NCBI GenBank assembly: GCA_943788675.1
Contig: CALSRE010000002.1
Span: forward strand, 137,371-201,370
Origin: an uncultured bacterium
Lineage (GTDB): Bacteria > Fidelibacterota > Marinisomatia > Marinisomatales > Marinisomataceae
Direction of reading: 5' to 3'
DNA: 64,000 nt
Below the pieces are notes generated by a model that saw nothing but the letters and a program-made list of their open reading frames with translations, ran no database searches and was not told the DNA's origin. The translations under genes were made by a program, and so were the position numbers. The first letter of the stretch is position 1, and the number at the start of each line of letters is the position of its first letter. Below, piece by piece: positions 37,153 through 47,787 of this stretch.

Positions 37153-39157
37153 CTATAATTTAATTTCTTTTTCTAGCTTATTCATTTCATCGCGCAATTT
37201 AGCGGCTTTCTCAAATTCTAAATTTTCTGCTGCTTCTAACATTTCTTCTCTAATCATTTCAACTACAATTTTTTTATCTTCGTTTAAAAATCTATCTGTC
37301 GCTATATCTCTTTTAATTTCTATATCGCTTTCCTTAAATGACTCAGCAACACGAGTTGCTTGCATAATTTCATCTACCGATTTTTTTACAGTTTTTGGGG
37401 TTATTTTATTTTTCTTATTGTATTCAAGCTGAATAGATCTCCTTCTATCTGTTTCATCAATTAAATATTGCATTGAATCAGTAATTTTATCTGCATACAG
37501 AATAACCTTTCCATCAATATGACGAGCTGCTCTTCCAGAAGTTTGTACCAGCGAACTTTTAGATCTAAGAAATCCCTTCTTTATCAGCATCCAATATTGC
37601 AACAAGAGATACCTCAGGAAGATCTAAGCCTTCTCTTAACAGGTTTATTCCAACCAAGACATCAAAATCGCCTAATCTTAAATCTCGAAGAATTTTTACT
37701 CTTTCAATTGTTTTAACTTCAGAATGCAGATATCTTACTCTTAATCCAACCGAGCTTAAATATTCTGATAAATCTTCAGCCATTTTTTTGGTCAATGTTG
37801 TTACCAGACATCTCTCATCTTTAGCAGATCTAATTTTAATTTCTGATATAAGGTCATCAATTTGACCGCTAGATGGCTTAATGATCAATTCTGGATCTAC
37901 AAGCCCTGTTGGTCGATTAATCAACTCTACGACAGCTCCTTCTGACAAATCCAGCTCTCTGATATGATGGCGTAGCAGATGCATATACGACTTGATTTTG
38001 CAAAGTTGCAAATTCTTCCGATTTTAATGGTCTATTATCGTAAGCAGAAGGCAAGTCTAAACCCGAAATCAATCAAGTTGTCTTTTCTCTTTCCTGTCGC
38101 CTCCATACATCGCTTGAATTTGAGGCAGATGTAACATGAGACTCGTCTATGATAGTTAAAAAATCATCTGGAAAAAAGTCTATCAAAGTAAATGGTCTTT
38201 CACCCTCTTTTCTGCCATCAAAATATCGTAGAATAATTTTCAATTCCTGAGCAATAACCAATCTCTTCTATCATTTCAATATCAAAATTTGTTCTCTGCC
38301 CAATTCTTTGTTCCTCAAGAAATTTTTCATTTTCATTAAAGAATTTTAATCTAGCTTTTCAAATCACTTCTGATTTTTTTAATTACAGAATCATTTTTAT
38401 CTTTATCAGAAATAAAATGCCTAGCTGGATACAAATAAAACTCTTCATGCTCTTGATATGCTCTTCGCCTGTTAAGCGGATCAAATGAAACAATTGATTG
38501 GATAGAATTATCAAAAATATCAACTCTTATAGCCTTATCTTCATAAGCAGGATATATTTCAAAAATATCTCCTAATATTCTAAAATTACATCTTTCTAAT
38601 ACCTGATCGTTCCTTTGATAATAAATATCAACAAGAAATTCAGTTAAACTACTTCGACTTGTTTGAGAATCTAATCTTAAATGAACAACTTGCTTTTTCC
38701 ATTCCTTAGGATTTCCTAGCCCGTAAATACATGAAACAGAGCTAACCACAATAACATCTTTTCTTTGTAAAAGTGAGCTAGTTGCCTTAAGGCGTAATCG
38801 ATCAATTTCTTCATTCATTGAAAAATCTTTCTCAATAAAAGTATCAGTAACTGGCATGTAAGATTCAGGTTGATAATAATCATAATAACTAATGAAGTAT
38901 TCAACTGCATTGTTAGGAAATAAATTTTTAAACTCTCCATAAAGTTGCGCAGCTAAAGTTTTATTATGAGAAATAATTAATGTTGGCTTTTGAACCTCTT
39001 CAATCACTTTTGCCATTGTATAGGTTTTACCTGACCCAGTAACACCCAACAAGGTCTGATGATCAGTTCCATTTTTTAAACCCTCTGATAATTCAGAGAT
39101 TGCAGATGGTTGATCTCCAGCTGGAGAAAATTTTGATTCTACTTTAAAGTCTGCCAT
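37153..39157 (-). pseudogene. uvrB: excinuclease ABC subunit B, interrupted by at least 4 frameshifts
   Basis: Four track ORFs plus my translations tile a full UvrB: GVTGSGKTYTMA..., [73 protein letters not shown], helicase C region, and the C-terminal UVR domain EFEKAAKLRDE. Shifts occur at the homopolymers 38356-38359 and 38220-38223, and near 38070, 38000 and 37600. Confidence 0.85.
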
Positions 39158-39208
39158 AATGACTAATAATTTAGTTATTACTAAGGATAAAGTAAATTAG
39201 AATGTATG

Positions 39209-39769
39209 TCAATTAGTTCTATTACTTTTCTCTAGCTTAAGAAAAAATCTTATATAATCTAAAAGACTAATAAACAATAAGATTGCAGATATATTTAATA
39301 GATAAGGAGTTATAAAAATGAAATTATCTAACCTTAAAGCAAATAGACATAATGCTGCGCCTAAAAAACAAACACCCGTCTTTCCTAGAATGTTTGACCC
39401 ATATACAGTTTTTAGTTTTGATAGATACCATAGAGAAAAAATCAGTATCGTAAGTTGCCTCAAAAAATAAAAAATTGTAAACCAATTTGAAATAAATCCT
39501 TCTCTATTAAATAGAATGATAAAAGCAAAGAGTGTAATTCCATCTGCAATAGGATCTAGAGTCTTTCCTAGTTCAGATTTTTGATCAAGAAGCCTAGCTG
39601 CAATCCCATCAAGAAAATCTGTTAGCAAAGAAACAGTTAAAATAATTAAAAAATAATTTTGCATTCCATTTTGAAATGTAATAATCATTGGAGCGATCAA
39701 AAAAAATCTCAAAATAGTGATTAAATTTGGAACTAAAAATATGTCCTTAAACTTGAAAAGATTGCTCAT
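39209..39769 (-). CDS. CDP-alcohol phosphatidyltransferase family protein (PgsA-like)
   Basis: DFLDGIAARLLDQKSELGKTLDPIADG matches the D(x)2DG(x)2AR...G(x)3D(x)3D signature. The protein is multi-TM. Confidence 0.85.
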   Translation of the reverse strand: MSNLFKFKDIFLVPNLITILRFFLIAPMIITFQNGMQNYFLIILTVSLLTDFLDGIAARLLDQKSELGKTLDPIADGITLFAFIILFNREGFISNWFTIFYFLRQLTILIFSLWYLSKLKTVYGSNILGKTGVCFLGAALCLFALRLDNFIFITPYLLNISAILLFISLLDYIRFFLKLEKSNRTN

Positions 39770-41022
39770 AAAAGTTCTATTATTTTTTGGGTTGAACCTT
39801 TATGTTTAATGACATAATTCTTAGCATTTTTTGAGCATTGTCTATAAAAATTCATATCGTATAAATTATCAATATTTTTAATTAATTCTTTATATGAATT
39901 AACTGAAAATCCCGCGTTTGATGATTTTAAAAATACTGCATCTAACTTATTTGAATTCTGAAAATTTGGGCCAAAAATTACCGGATTGCCAGCAGCTGCT
40001 GGTTCAGCCAAATTATGGATACCATTTTCTGAAAAACCTCCCCCTACATATGTTAAAAATGTTTGACTATAAATTTTAGATAAAAAACCAACTTTATTAA
40101 CAACAATAACCCTTTCATCTAAATTAAAGATATTGCAATATGAATCAATTATTTTATATGAAATAGATTGACTATCTAGCATAGAACAGTAAAAAGAAAT
40201 ATTTTTATCATTTATTTCATGTGGAACTATAATAATTTTATTCTGCTTATTTTTGTCTAAATATTCAAAAATGCCTGGAAATAAAATATTATTATCCTCC
40301 TCCCAAATACTTGCTAACACTAAAACCTTATTATTCAATCTATCTTCTTTATTAATATGCTCATGTGAAATATTTTTAAGGATTCTATCCATTCTCGGAT
40401 TACCTGCAAAAATTACTTTTGGCGATGAAGATAGTGCAGCAATAGTTTTTTGGTCATTTTTAGTAATGGTAAATATTGAATCAAACATATTAAAGAATAT
40501 TCTTTGATATAAATTTTTGACAAAAGAGTTGAAGTCTTTGCCGTCATTTAATCGTGCCGACGTTAATATTAATTCAATTTTTTTTCTATGCGAAAAGATC
40601 ATAAAATTTGGCCAAAAATCATTTGATGTAAAAAATATTTTGTCAGGATTAACTAACCTCAAAGCTCTAAAAATCGTAATAGGAAAATCAAAAGGAAGAT
40701 AAACTTTACAATCAATATTTTGATTATCTACATTATTGAAACCTGATGGTGAAAAGAACGATACAACAATACCAATACTACTGTTATCTTTTTTTAATGA
40801 ATCTATTAAGGTTTCAATCTGCTGAAACTCGCCATGCGAAGCAACATGAAACCAATATCTTTTATTAAAAGTAGATATATTAAATCTCTTTAAATGTTTT
40901 AATGATTTAAATCTTCCAATTATACCTTCTTTAATTTTTCTATTAAATGGAGAAAGTAAAAATGCAAAAAAAATTATGGGATAAATCAAAACATTATACA
41001 AAATTAGAAAAATTATTTTCAT
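39766..41022 (-). CDS. waaA: 3-deoxy-D-manno-octulosonic acid (Kdo) transferase
   Basis: N-terminal anchor, WFHVASHGEFQQIETLI (cf. HAASVGE) and a C-terminal GGSF-like GGGFSENGIHNLAEPAAAGNPVIFGP motif. Confidence 0.8.
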   Translation of the reverse strand: MKIIFLILYNVLIYPIIFFAFLLSPFNRKIKEGIIGRFKSLKHLKRFNISTFNKRYWFHVASHGEFQQIETLIDSLKKDNSSIGIVVSFFSPSGFNNVDNQNIDCKVYLPFDFPITIFRALRLVNPDKIFFTSNDFWPNFMIFSHRKKIELILTSARLNDGKDFNSFVKNLYQRIFFNMFDSIFTITKNDQKTIAALSSSPKVIFAGNPRMDRILKNISHEHINKEDRLNNKVLVLASIWEEDNNILFPGIFEYLDKNKQNKIIIVPHEINDKNISFYCSMLDSQSISYKIIDSYCNIFNLDERVIVVNKVGFLSKIYSQTFLTYVGGGFSENGIHNLAEPAAAGNPVIFGPNFQNSNKLDAVFLKSSNAGFSVNSYKELIKNIDNLYDMNFYRQCSKNAKNYVIKHKGSTQKIIELL

Positions 41023-41023
41023 A

Positions 41024-42019
41024 TCAACAACTTCTTTGAAATGCCCCAGCTATATCATTGATGTTTATTCCTGTTAAACAATACTGCTCTTTTCTGATGC
41101 ACGGTCTTTTACCATTTTGAGAACATGGCCTACACCAAAGATTATTTTTTTCAAATATTTTGGAATTTGGATGATTTATACTTGCTCCAGTCTCCATAGA
41201 TGTAGGACCTAATATCATCGAAACAGGAGTGTTTAAAGCCTCTGAAGCATGCAAGAGTCCAGTATCGCTTCCAAATGTATGTTCAGATATTGTCAAAATA
41301 CTCATTGCCATTCTAAGCGATGTTTTATCTTTTAGATTAACAATATTAATGTCTTTTTTTATTTCATCGCAAATTGTATCATTTTTTGAACCTAGCAAAA
41401 CGATCTTAAATGCAAATTTTTTATTAAGATTATCAATAAGCTCATTATACTTATCTACTGGAAGTTGTTTCTGTTTCCATGCTGCTCCAGGAACTATACA
41501 TATAAATTCTTGATCTACTCCCTCCTTTTTCAAAAATGATTTTGCCCTATTTATTTCATCGCTAGAAACGTAAAGAGATGTTCTTGGAAATGAATGAATA
41601 TCTTCTAAAATTGAATGGTACATCCTTATATGACTAAAATCTTTTTTGAAAAAATTTAATTTTAAATTGAATAGCATAAATCTTTTCAACCTTGGTTTTT
41701 TAATTTGAAAAAAAATCTTTCTTTTGAAAAAGAAAGATAAGATTTTAGATCTAAATACATTATGGATATCAAAAACCTTGTAATAACCTTGATGCTTAAG
41801 ATGTTTTCCTAAATTTATTAACCCCTTTAATCCTTCTGACTTATCTAACTCAATTATATTATTTATAAGAGGATGATTTTGCAATAATGGAGAAAATTCT
41901 TTTTTTATTAAAAAATCAATAGATGAATTCGGATATTTTTTTTTAACAGAATCTAAAAATGAGGTAGCCAAAATAATATCGCCTATGGAACTCATTCTAA
42001 TAATTAATATTTTTTTCAT
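41024..42019 (-). CDS. glycosyltransferase family 9 (LPS heptosyltransferase-like)
   Basis: ILIIRMSSIGDIILATSFL N-terminus and a C-terminal G.DTGLLHASEALNTP motif. Confidence 0.8.
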   Translation of the reverse strand: MKKILIIRMSSIGDIILATSFLDSVKKKYPNSSIDFLIKKEFSPLLQNHPLINNIIELDKSEGLKGLINLGKHLKHQGYYKVFDIHNVFRSKILSFFFKRKIFFQIKKPRLKRFMLFNLKLNFFKKDFSHIRMYHSILEDIHSFPRTSLYVSSDEINRAKSFLKKEGVDQEFICIVPGAAWKQKQLPVDKYNELIDNLNKKFAFKIVLLGSKNDTICDEIKKDINIVNLKDKTSLRMAMSILTISEHTFGSDTGLLHASEALNTPVSMILGPTSMETGASINHPNSKIFEKNNLWCRPCSQNGKRPCIRKEQYCLTGININDIAGAFQRSC

Positions 42020-42021
42020 AT

Positions 42022-42747
42022 CTATTGATTTTGAAATAGTTTATTGGCAAACCATGAAACTAAAATACTTATCTCAAATAAAATTAGCATTGGAATTGAC
42101 ATTATTATTAAACTAATAGGGTCAGGGGGTGTAATTATAGCTGAAAGAATGACAGTCCCAGCAATTGCTTCTCTTCTATAGGTTTTTAAAAATTTAGGAT
42201 CAACTAGACCAATTGACGAGAATAAAAATGACGCAACAGGCAATTCAAATAACAGGCCAGCTCCAATCATAAGAGACAAAACAAAACTAAAGTAATAATT
42301 AATTGAGAAATTGTTTTGAATATCTGCAGTTATCATTGATGCAAAAAAGTCCAAAGAAAACGGTAGTATCACTTTGTATGCAAAAATTCCACCTAGAATA
42401 AAGCATAAAAAAGCAGTTAAAATTAAAGGAAGTAGAATTTTTCTCTCCCTATCATATAAACCTGGAGATAAAAATTTCCAAATTTGTACTGTAATAACAG
42501 GAATAGAAAAAATTATTCCACCAATTATAGCAAGATTCCATTTTAGAAGAAACATTCCCTGAATTGTTAATACCTGTAAATTTAAATCAGAATTAATCTG
42601 CATAGCTGGCTGTATCAAAAGATCTACCAAGTCATTTGCAAAATTAAAAGTTAAAATTGACATTAAAACAATAGATCCTAACGACTTGAGAATTCTCCAT
42701 CTCAATTCTTCCAAATGATCTACTATGGACATGTCTTGTGAAGTCAT
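42022..42747 (-). CDS. tatC: twin-arginine translocase subunit TatC
   Basis: MSIVDHLEELRWRI start, 6 TM segments and a PGLY motif (FLSPGLYDRERK). Confidence 0.92.
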   Translation of the reverse strand: MTSQDMSIVDHLEELRWRILKSLGSIVLMSILTFNFANDLVDLLIQPAMQINSDLNLQVLTIQGMFLLKWNLAIIGGIIFSIPVITVQIWKFLSPGLYDRERKILLPLILTAFLCFILGGIFAYKVILPFSLDFFASMITADIQNNFSINYYFSFVLSLMIGAGLLFELPVASFLFSSIGLVDPKFLKTYRREAIAGTVILSAIITPPDPISLIIMSIPMLILFEISILVSWFANKLFQNQ

Positions 42748-43685
42748 TTATTGCCCTTAATTTTATCAACAATTTCGTATGGTGATTTCAATTTAATAGA
42801 AGATTCATCAACTTCTGCTAATAAAGACAGTTTTTCTTTACTCCAAAAATTATTTAAAATATCTTTTTCAATAATTGTTTTTATTCTTCTGCTATATCGT
42901 AAAACTTGTCTACTTTGAATATCTTCATTTTCTTTCATTGAGTTATAGTATTCCACAATTGCTTTTGCAAATACATCTAAACCTTCATCAGTTTTGCAAC
43001 TAGTCTTAAAAATTGGGATTTTTTTAAGATTTTTTTTGGTCGATGAAATAATATTGTTTATGGATTTAACTAGCAAATTTGAATCTTTTCTATCTGATTT
43101 ATTAACGACAAATATGTCTGCAAGTTCAAGAATACCAGCTTTTAATAATTGAATCTCGTCTCCTGATTCAGGTACAAAAACTAAAGTAGTCAAATCAGTT
43201 ATTTCAGATACACTATATTCAGATTGACCTACTCCGACGGTTTCAATAAAGATTATATCTTTTCCACTATACGCTAAAATATCACTAAAGTCTTCTGCTA
43301 GCTCTGTTACACCTCCCAGCTCTGCTCTCGAACCCATGCTTCTAACAAAAACATTTTCATCGTTTACTGCATTATTAATTCTTACCCTATCACCTAAAAA
43401 TGATCCTCCAGTAATTGGACTTGATGGGTCGATTGCAATGACACCGACAGACAAACCTGCATTTCGAATCAAAGGAATTAATTTATTCATTAAGGAACTT
43501 TTTCCTGCTCCCGGAGGTCCTGTTATACCAATTTTAAGCGATTCATGTGAATCTTTAAAAATATATTCTGAAACCTGTTTTCTTGAAAAAATATTGTTTT
43601 CTATCCCTGACATTAATTCAGAAATAGAGATAAAATCATTTTTCTTTGCTTTATCAGCGATCTCTTTAAGATTTTTTGACGACAT
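42744..43685 (-). CDS. MeaB/ArgK-type G3E family GTPase
   Basis: Walker A GITGPPGAGKSSL, plus IETVGVGQSE and VNKSD motifs. The start at the internal ATG at 43685 (MSSKNLKE...) avoids overlap with the rpsT promoter. The ATG at 43742 is also possible. Confidence 0.8.
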   Translation of the reverse strand: MSSKNLKEIADKAKKNDFISISELMSGIENNIFSRKQVSEYIFKDSHESLKIGITGPPGAGKSSLMNKLIPLIRNAGLSVGVIAIDPSSPITGGSFLGDRVRINNAVNDENVFVRSMGSRAELGGVTELAEDFSDILAYSGKDIIFIETVGVGQSEYSVSEITDLTTLVFVPESGDEIQLLKAGILELADIFVVNKSDRKDSNLLVKSINNIISSTKKNLKKIPIFKTSCKTDEGLDVFAKAIVEYYNSMKENEDIQSRQVLRYSRRIKTIIEKDILNNFWSKEKLSLLAEVDESSIKLKSPYEIVDKIKGNK

Positions 43686-43735
43686 AGCGTAATTTAAACG
43701 ATAAAACTTAAAACAATAATCAAAATAGAAAATTA

Positions 43736-43764
43736 TTGACATCTATCCCTTTATAGAATAAGTT
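43736..43764 (+). promoter_or_regulatory. candidate promoter of rpsT (TTGACA-17 nt-TAAGTT)
   Basis: A perfect -35 TTGACA lies at 43736-43741 and TAAGTT at 43759-43764, 13 nt before the ATG at 43778. Confidence 0.4.
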
Positions 43765-43777
43765 GCAACCACATTTT

Positions 43778-44035
43778 ATGGATAGACATAAACAACAAAT
43801 TAAAAGAGATAGGCAAGATTTAAAAAGAAGAGCTATCAACTCTCAAAACAAATCTAGAATGCGTACATTAATTAAGAGCGTGTTAACTGCTGATTCCAAA
43901 AAATCTGCTGATGAGCATTATGCTGATGCAGTGTCTTTTATAGATAAAATGGCTAGCAAAAATATAATTCACAAAAATAATGCAGCCAGACAAAAATCAA
44001 AGATTACTAATCACTTAAATTCTTTAGGTAAATAA
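43778..44035 (+). CDS. rpsT: 30S ribosomal protein S20
   Basis: A basic 85-aa protein with RHKQQIKRDRQDLKRRAINSQNKSRMRTLIK... and KNIIHKNNAARQKS. I prefer the ATG at 43778 over the TTG at 43763. Confidence 0.85.
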   Translation: MDRHKQQIKRDRQDLKRRAINSQNKSRMRTLIKSVLTADSKKSADEHYADAVSFIDKMASKNIIHKNNAARQKSKITNHLNSLGK

Positions 44036-45499
44036 CTACTTATCATGCCCTTGATAATTAGGGGCTTCTTTTACAATACTCACCTCATGCGGATGACTTT
44101 CTTTGACTCCAGCAGATGATATTTCAATGAATTTCTTATTTTTGTAAAAAGCTTTTAAATTTTGAGATCCGCAATATCCCATTGATGATTTTAATCCACC
44201 GATAAGTTGGAAGATAGTATTGTTCACTGGACCTCTAAAAGGAACCATACCTTCAATACCTTCTGGAACCAGCTTTAATTCGTCTCTTTCTTGCTGAAAA
44301 TATCTTTCACCTCCACCTTCTTTCATGGCGGCTAAAGAACCCATTCCTCTATATGACTTATATCTTCTTCCTTCATATACTATGGTTTCTCCAGGGCTTT
44401 CATCCATTCCTGCAAGTATTCCGCCAAGCATTACAACATTTGCTCCAGCAGCAAGCGATTTTGCAACATCGCCACTATATCTAATCCCACCATCGGCAAT
44501 TATTGGTGTGTCATGTTTAATTCCAACTTCAGCACAATCTATAACTGCAGATAATTGAGGAACTCCAACCCCTGCAATAATTCTTGTAGTACAGCTTGAC
44601 CCTGCACCAATGCCTATCTTAACACAATCTGCTCCAGATTTGATTAAATCTTCTGTAGCTTCAGGAGTAGCTACATTTCCTGCGATTAAGTCTAAGCTTG
44701 GAAATTCATTTTTAATTTCTTTCACTAAATCTAAAACAAACTGAGAATGACCATGAGCAGTATCTACTACGATTGCGTCAACCCCTACGCTTACTAATGC
44801 AGAAACTCTTTCTTTCCAATCATCTCTAACACTAATTGCAGCTGCAACTCTCAATCTTCCATTTTTATCTTTTGTTGAATGAGGAAATTCTTCTTTTTTT
44901 GTTAAATCTTTAACAGTAATTAATCCATCGAGATTATTGTTTTTATCAACCACTAATAATCGTTCAATACGATGTTTTTGAAGAATCTTTTTAGCTTCAT
45001 CGTTGCTAGTTTTAGAATTAACAGTAACTAAGTTATCTAAGGTCATTCTATCCTTAACTAAAGTATCCAAATTAGATTCAAAACGAATGTCTCTTTTTGT
45101 TATAATGCCAACTAATTTATCATCGGACAATACAGGTAGTCCTCCAATAGAGTATTGCTCCATCAATTGTTTCGCATCTCTGACAGTCTTATTTTCGTCC
45201 AATGTGATAGGATTTCTTATCATACCACTTTCATACCTTTTAACCTTATCAACCATCAGTGCCTGTTCTTCAATACTTAAATTTTTATGAATTACTCCAA
45301 TTCCACCTTGCCTAGCTAAAGCAATGGCCATGTCAGATTCAGTTACTGTATCCATCGCTGCGCTCATTACAGGAATATTTAAAGAAATTTTCTTAGTTAA
45401 TTGAGTAGAGCAATCTGCTTCTTTAGGCAAGATAGATGATTTTTTTGGAACCAATAAAACATCATCAAATGTTAATTTTTTTTCAATATTATTTGGCAT
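44036..45499 (-). CDS. guaB: IMP dehydrogenase
   Basis: LTFDDVLLVP, tandem CBS domains, IGIGAGSSCTTR (catalytic Cys loop) and YRGMGS. Confidence 0.96.
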   Translation of the reverse strand: MPNNIEKKLTFDDVLLVPKKSSILPKEADCSTQLTKKISLNIPVMSAAMDTVTESDMAIALARQGGIGVIHKNLSIEEQALMVDKVKRYESGMIRNPITLDENKTVRDAKQLMEQYSIGGLPVLSDDKLVGIITKRDIRFESNLDTLVKDRMTLDNLVTVNSKTSNDEAKKILQKHRIERLLVVDKNNNLDGLITVKDLTKKEEFPHSTKDKNGRLRVAAAISVRDDWKERVSALVSVGVDAIVVDTAHGHSQFVLDLVKEIKNEFPSLDLIAGNVATPEATEDLIKSGADCVKIGIGAGSSCTTRIIAGVGVPQLSAVIDCAEVGIKHDTPIIADGGIRYSGDVAKSLAAGANVVMLGGILAGMDESPGETIVYEGRRYKSYRGMGSLAAMKEGGGERYFQQERDELKLVPEGIEGMVPFRGPVNNTIFQLIGGLKSSMGYCGSQNLKAFYKNKKFIEISSAGVKESHPHEVSIVKEAPNYQGHDK

Positions 45500-45619
45500 A
45501 ATTATTTCCGGACGCGAAATGTGGAATGGTTTGTGTAACCAACTTTTTAGTATAAAAAGTTTTTACTAAGGTCAACATTGAACAATTTAATAAAAAAGAT
45601 AAGAAAAACCAGGATATTA

Positions 45620-46381
45620 TTAAGCCTGATCAAACCTTAGAAAATCATACTTTCTTTTAAAAGAAAAATAGTAATACATATTAAAAAAAAGGAAGTATGA
45701 AAGACCAATAAATCCAAACCATAATTCCTTAGAAGAAATGAAAATAAAGATAATTAAGGGAAGATATTTTTGAGCATAAATAATTTGATTCTTTGATTTA
45801 AATAATAAAGAAGAAATCAAAAAAGGTATATATATAGCTGCGCTAGTAGCAAGTACTGGCTCATTAAAACGTAGAGATAAAAATAAAGTTAGAGTACTTA
45901 AAAATAGTCCTAAAGAAATACTGAAGTAACTGTTTGATCTATAAATTATATAGAGAACAACATTTAATAAAAATAACCCTATCATCAGCTTTCCATGGAT
46001 GAAAACATTCAATAAACTAAAAAGTGACACAAACAATAGGAAATTTGTTTGGAAATCAGATTTAACCGTTCTAAATGGACCAAAATAATCAAATTTTTTC
46101 ATTAAGTGTAAAAGAAAAATAGTATGTAAAATGATACTAATTACACCAAACCAATCATAGCTACTTAGTGAAAAAACATACTTTTCATTATTTTCAATAT
46201 CAATGGGATTGAAAATAACATAAATATCATATGACTTGATTAAATAATGCTTAAAAGACAATACACACCACATTGGAAAAAACATTTCTAGTCTGTCGAT
46301 AAATTCCTTATCAAAAGATTTAAAAATTTTCTGTAGAAAATCAAACTGATTTGAGTCTTCAGGGAAAAATCTTTTAATCAT
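45620..46381 (-). CDS. polytopic membrane protein, unknown function
   Basis: 253-aa strongly hydrophobic ORF with about 7 predicted TM stretches by eye. No motif recognised. Confidence 0.5.
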   Translation of the reverse strand: MIKRFFPEDSNQFDFLQKIFKSFDKEFIDRLEMFFPMWCVLSFKHYLIKSYDIYVIFNPIDIENNEKYVFSLSSYDWFGVISIILHTIFLLHLMKKFDYFGPFRTVKSDFQTNFLLFVSLFSLLNVFIHGKLMIGLFLLNVVLYIIYRSNSYFSISLGLFLSTLTLFLSLRFNEPVLATSAAIYIPFLISSLLFKSKNQIIYAQKYLPLIIFIFISSKELWFGFIGLSYFLFFNMYYYFSFKRKYDFLRFDQA

Positions 46382-46386
46382 TTAAT

Positions 46387-47787
46387 TTAAATCCAACCAA
46401 TTGAATACAAAAATACAAGAAATATTAATACTGGACAGATATATTTCACTGTGAAGTTAAAGAAAGATTTAAACTTCTTGTTTTCAAAAACTGTATTTCC
46501 GAAATAAATAGAATTAGACTCTCCTATAAGAAGGTTTCTTACCACTTCGTCAATACCCCATACATATCCTGCAAATACAGCTAAAAAGAATCCTCCAAAA
46601 GGTAATAAAATGTTAGATGCTAAGTAATCTGCAATATCGAAGAATGTGAATGCTTTATCTTGAAAACTAAATGTAAAATCTGATAATAGATTAAAAGACA
46701 ACGCACAAGGAATAGCTACTAAATAAACCATGGAAGCCATAATAAGAACTGCCTTCTTTCTTGAGTATTGTTTTTCATCAACTAAATATGCAACACTAAC
46801 TTCTAAAATAGATATTCCTGAAGTAATTGCTGCAATAGAAAGCAATAAAAAGAACAGGAATGCAAAGAAATAACCTCCAGTTAGATCTGATAAGAGAGGC
46901 GGTAAAACATGAAAAACTAACCCTGGACCTGCGGTTGGATCATACCCCGATGAAAAAACAACTGTGAAAATTGCTACTCCAGCTAGAATAGCGATAACTG
47001 TGTCAAGAAATGCCACTAAATACGAAGCATTGACAATATCATCATTATCGGATAAATAACTTCCATATGTCATCATTGCTCCCATTCCGAGACTTAAAGT
47101 AAAAAATGCATGACCCAATGCTAACAAAATTGTTTGACCATTAATTTTTGACCAGTCAGGCTGAAACAGAAAAGATACCCCTTTATTTGCATCTGGCAAA
47201 ATCAGTCCTTGAACAACCAAAATAAGTAAAATAAACAATAAAATTGGCATAAGAAATTTACTAGCTTTTTCAAGACCTGCTCGTACTCCTGAAAGCAAGA
47301 TTAAAACTACAATTGATAAGAATAAAGTGTGATAACCTAAAACCCACAAAGGATTACTATTTTTTAAATTAAAAAAATCTCCTGCAGTTAAAGGAGTGTT
47401 AAAAGCGGGAGTGTTAAATGTTCCTATTAAAGCTTCATATGTATAAGCTAGAGACCATCCTCCAACAACACTATAAAAAGAAAGAATAGTAAAACTAGCT
47501 AGCACTCCAAGCGCTCCGACATACTTCCAAAAAGGATTATTTGTTAGTGTCTTGAATGCGCCTACAGGATTTTTTTTGGTAGCTCGCCCTAAAAGAATTT
47601 CAATATTAAGAATTGGTAACCCTATTAATAGAATACAAATTAAATAAATAAATAAGAAAGCTGCTCCACCGTTTTCGCCGGCTATATAAGGAAATTTCCA
47701 AATATTACCAAGACCAACTGCTGAACCAGCAGCAGCTAAAATGAAACTTGCCTTAGAACTCCATTGCTCTCTATTATTCTCCATCAA
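46387..47787 (-). CDS. sodium-dependent neurotransmitter:sodium symporter (NSS/SNF) family transporter
   Basis: AAGSAVGLGNIWKFPY signature and about 11-12 TM segments. Confidence 0.9.
   Translation of the reverse strand: MMENNREQWSSKASFILAAAGSAVGLGNIWKFPYIAGENGGAAFLFIYLICILLIGLPILNIEILLGRATKKNPVGAFKTLTNNPFWKYVGALGVLASFTILSFYSVVGGWSLAYTYEALIGTFNTPAFNTPLTAGDFFNLKNSNPLWVLGYHTLFLSIVVLILLSGVRAGLEKASKFLMPILLFILLILVVQGLILPDANKGVSFLFQPDWSKINGQTILLALGHAFFTLSLGMGAMMTYGSYLSDNDDIVNASYLVAFLDTVIAILAGVAIFTVVFSSGYDPTAGPGLVFHVLPPLLSDLTGGYFFAFLFFLLLSIAAITSGISILEVSVAYLVDEKQYSRKKAVLIMASMVYLVAIPCALSFNLLSDFTFSFQDKAFTFFDIADYLASNILLPFGGFFLAVFAGYVWGIDEVVRNLLIGESNSIYFGNTVFENKKFKSFFNFTVKYICPVLIFLVFLYSIGWI

Noticed and set aside
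43686-43742. Longer MeaB start at 43742 (MSIIFYFDYCFKFYRLNYA...)
   Set aside because: It is possible, since it is also an ATG. However, the extension is atypical for MeaB, aromatic/low-complexity, and would cover the perfect TTGACA -35 box of the divergent rpsT promoter. It is kept as an alternative only.
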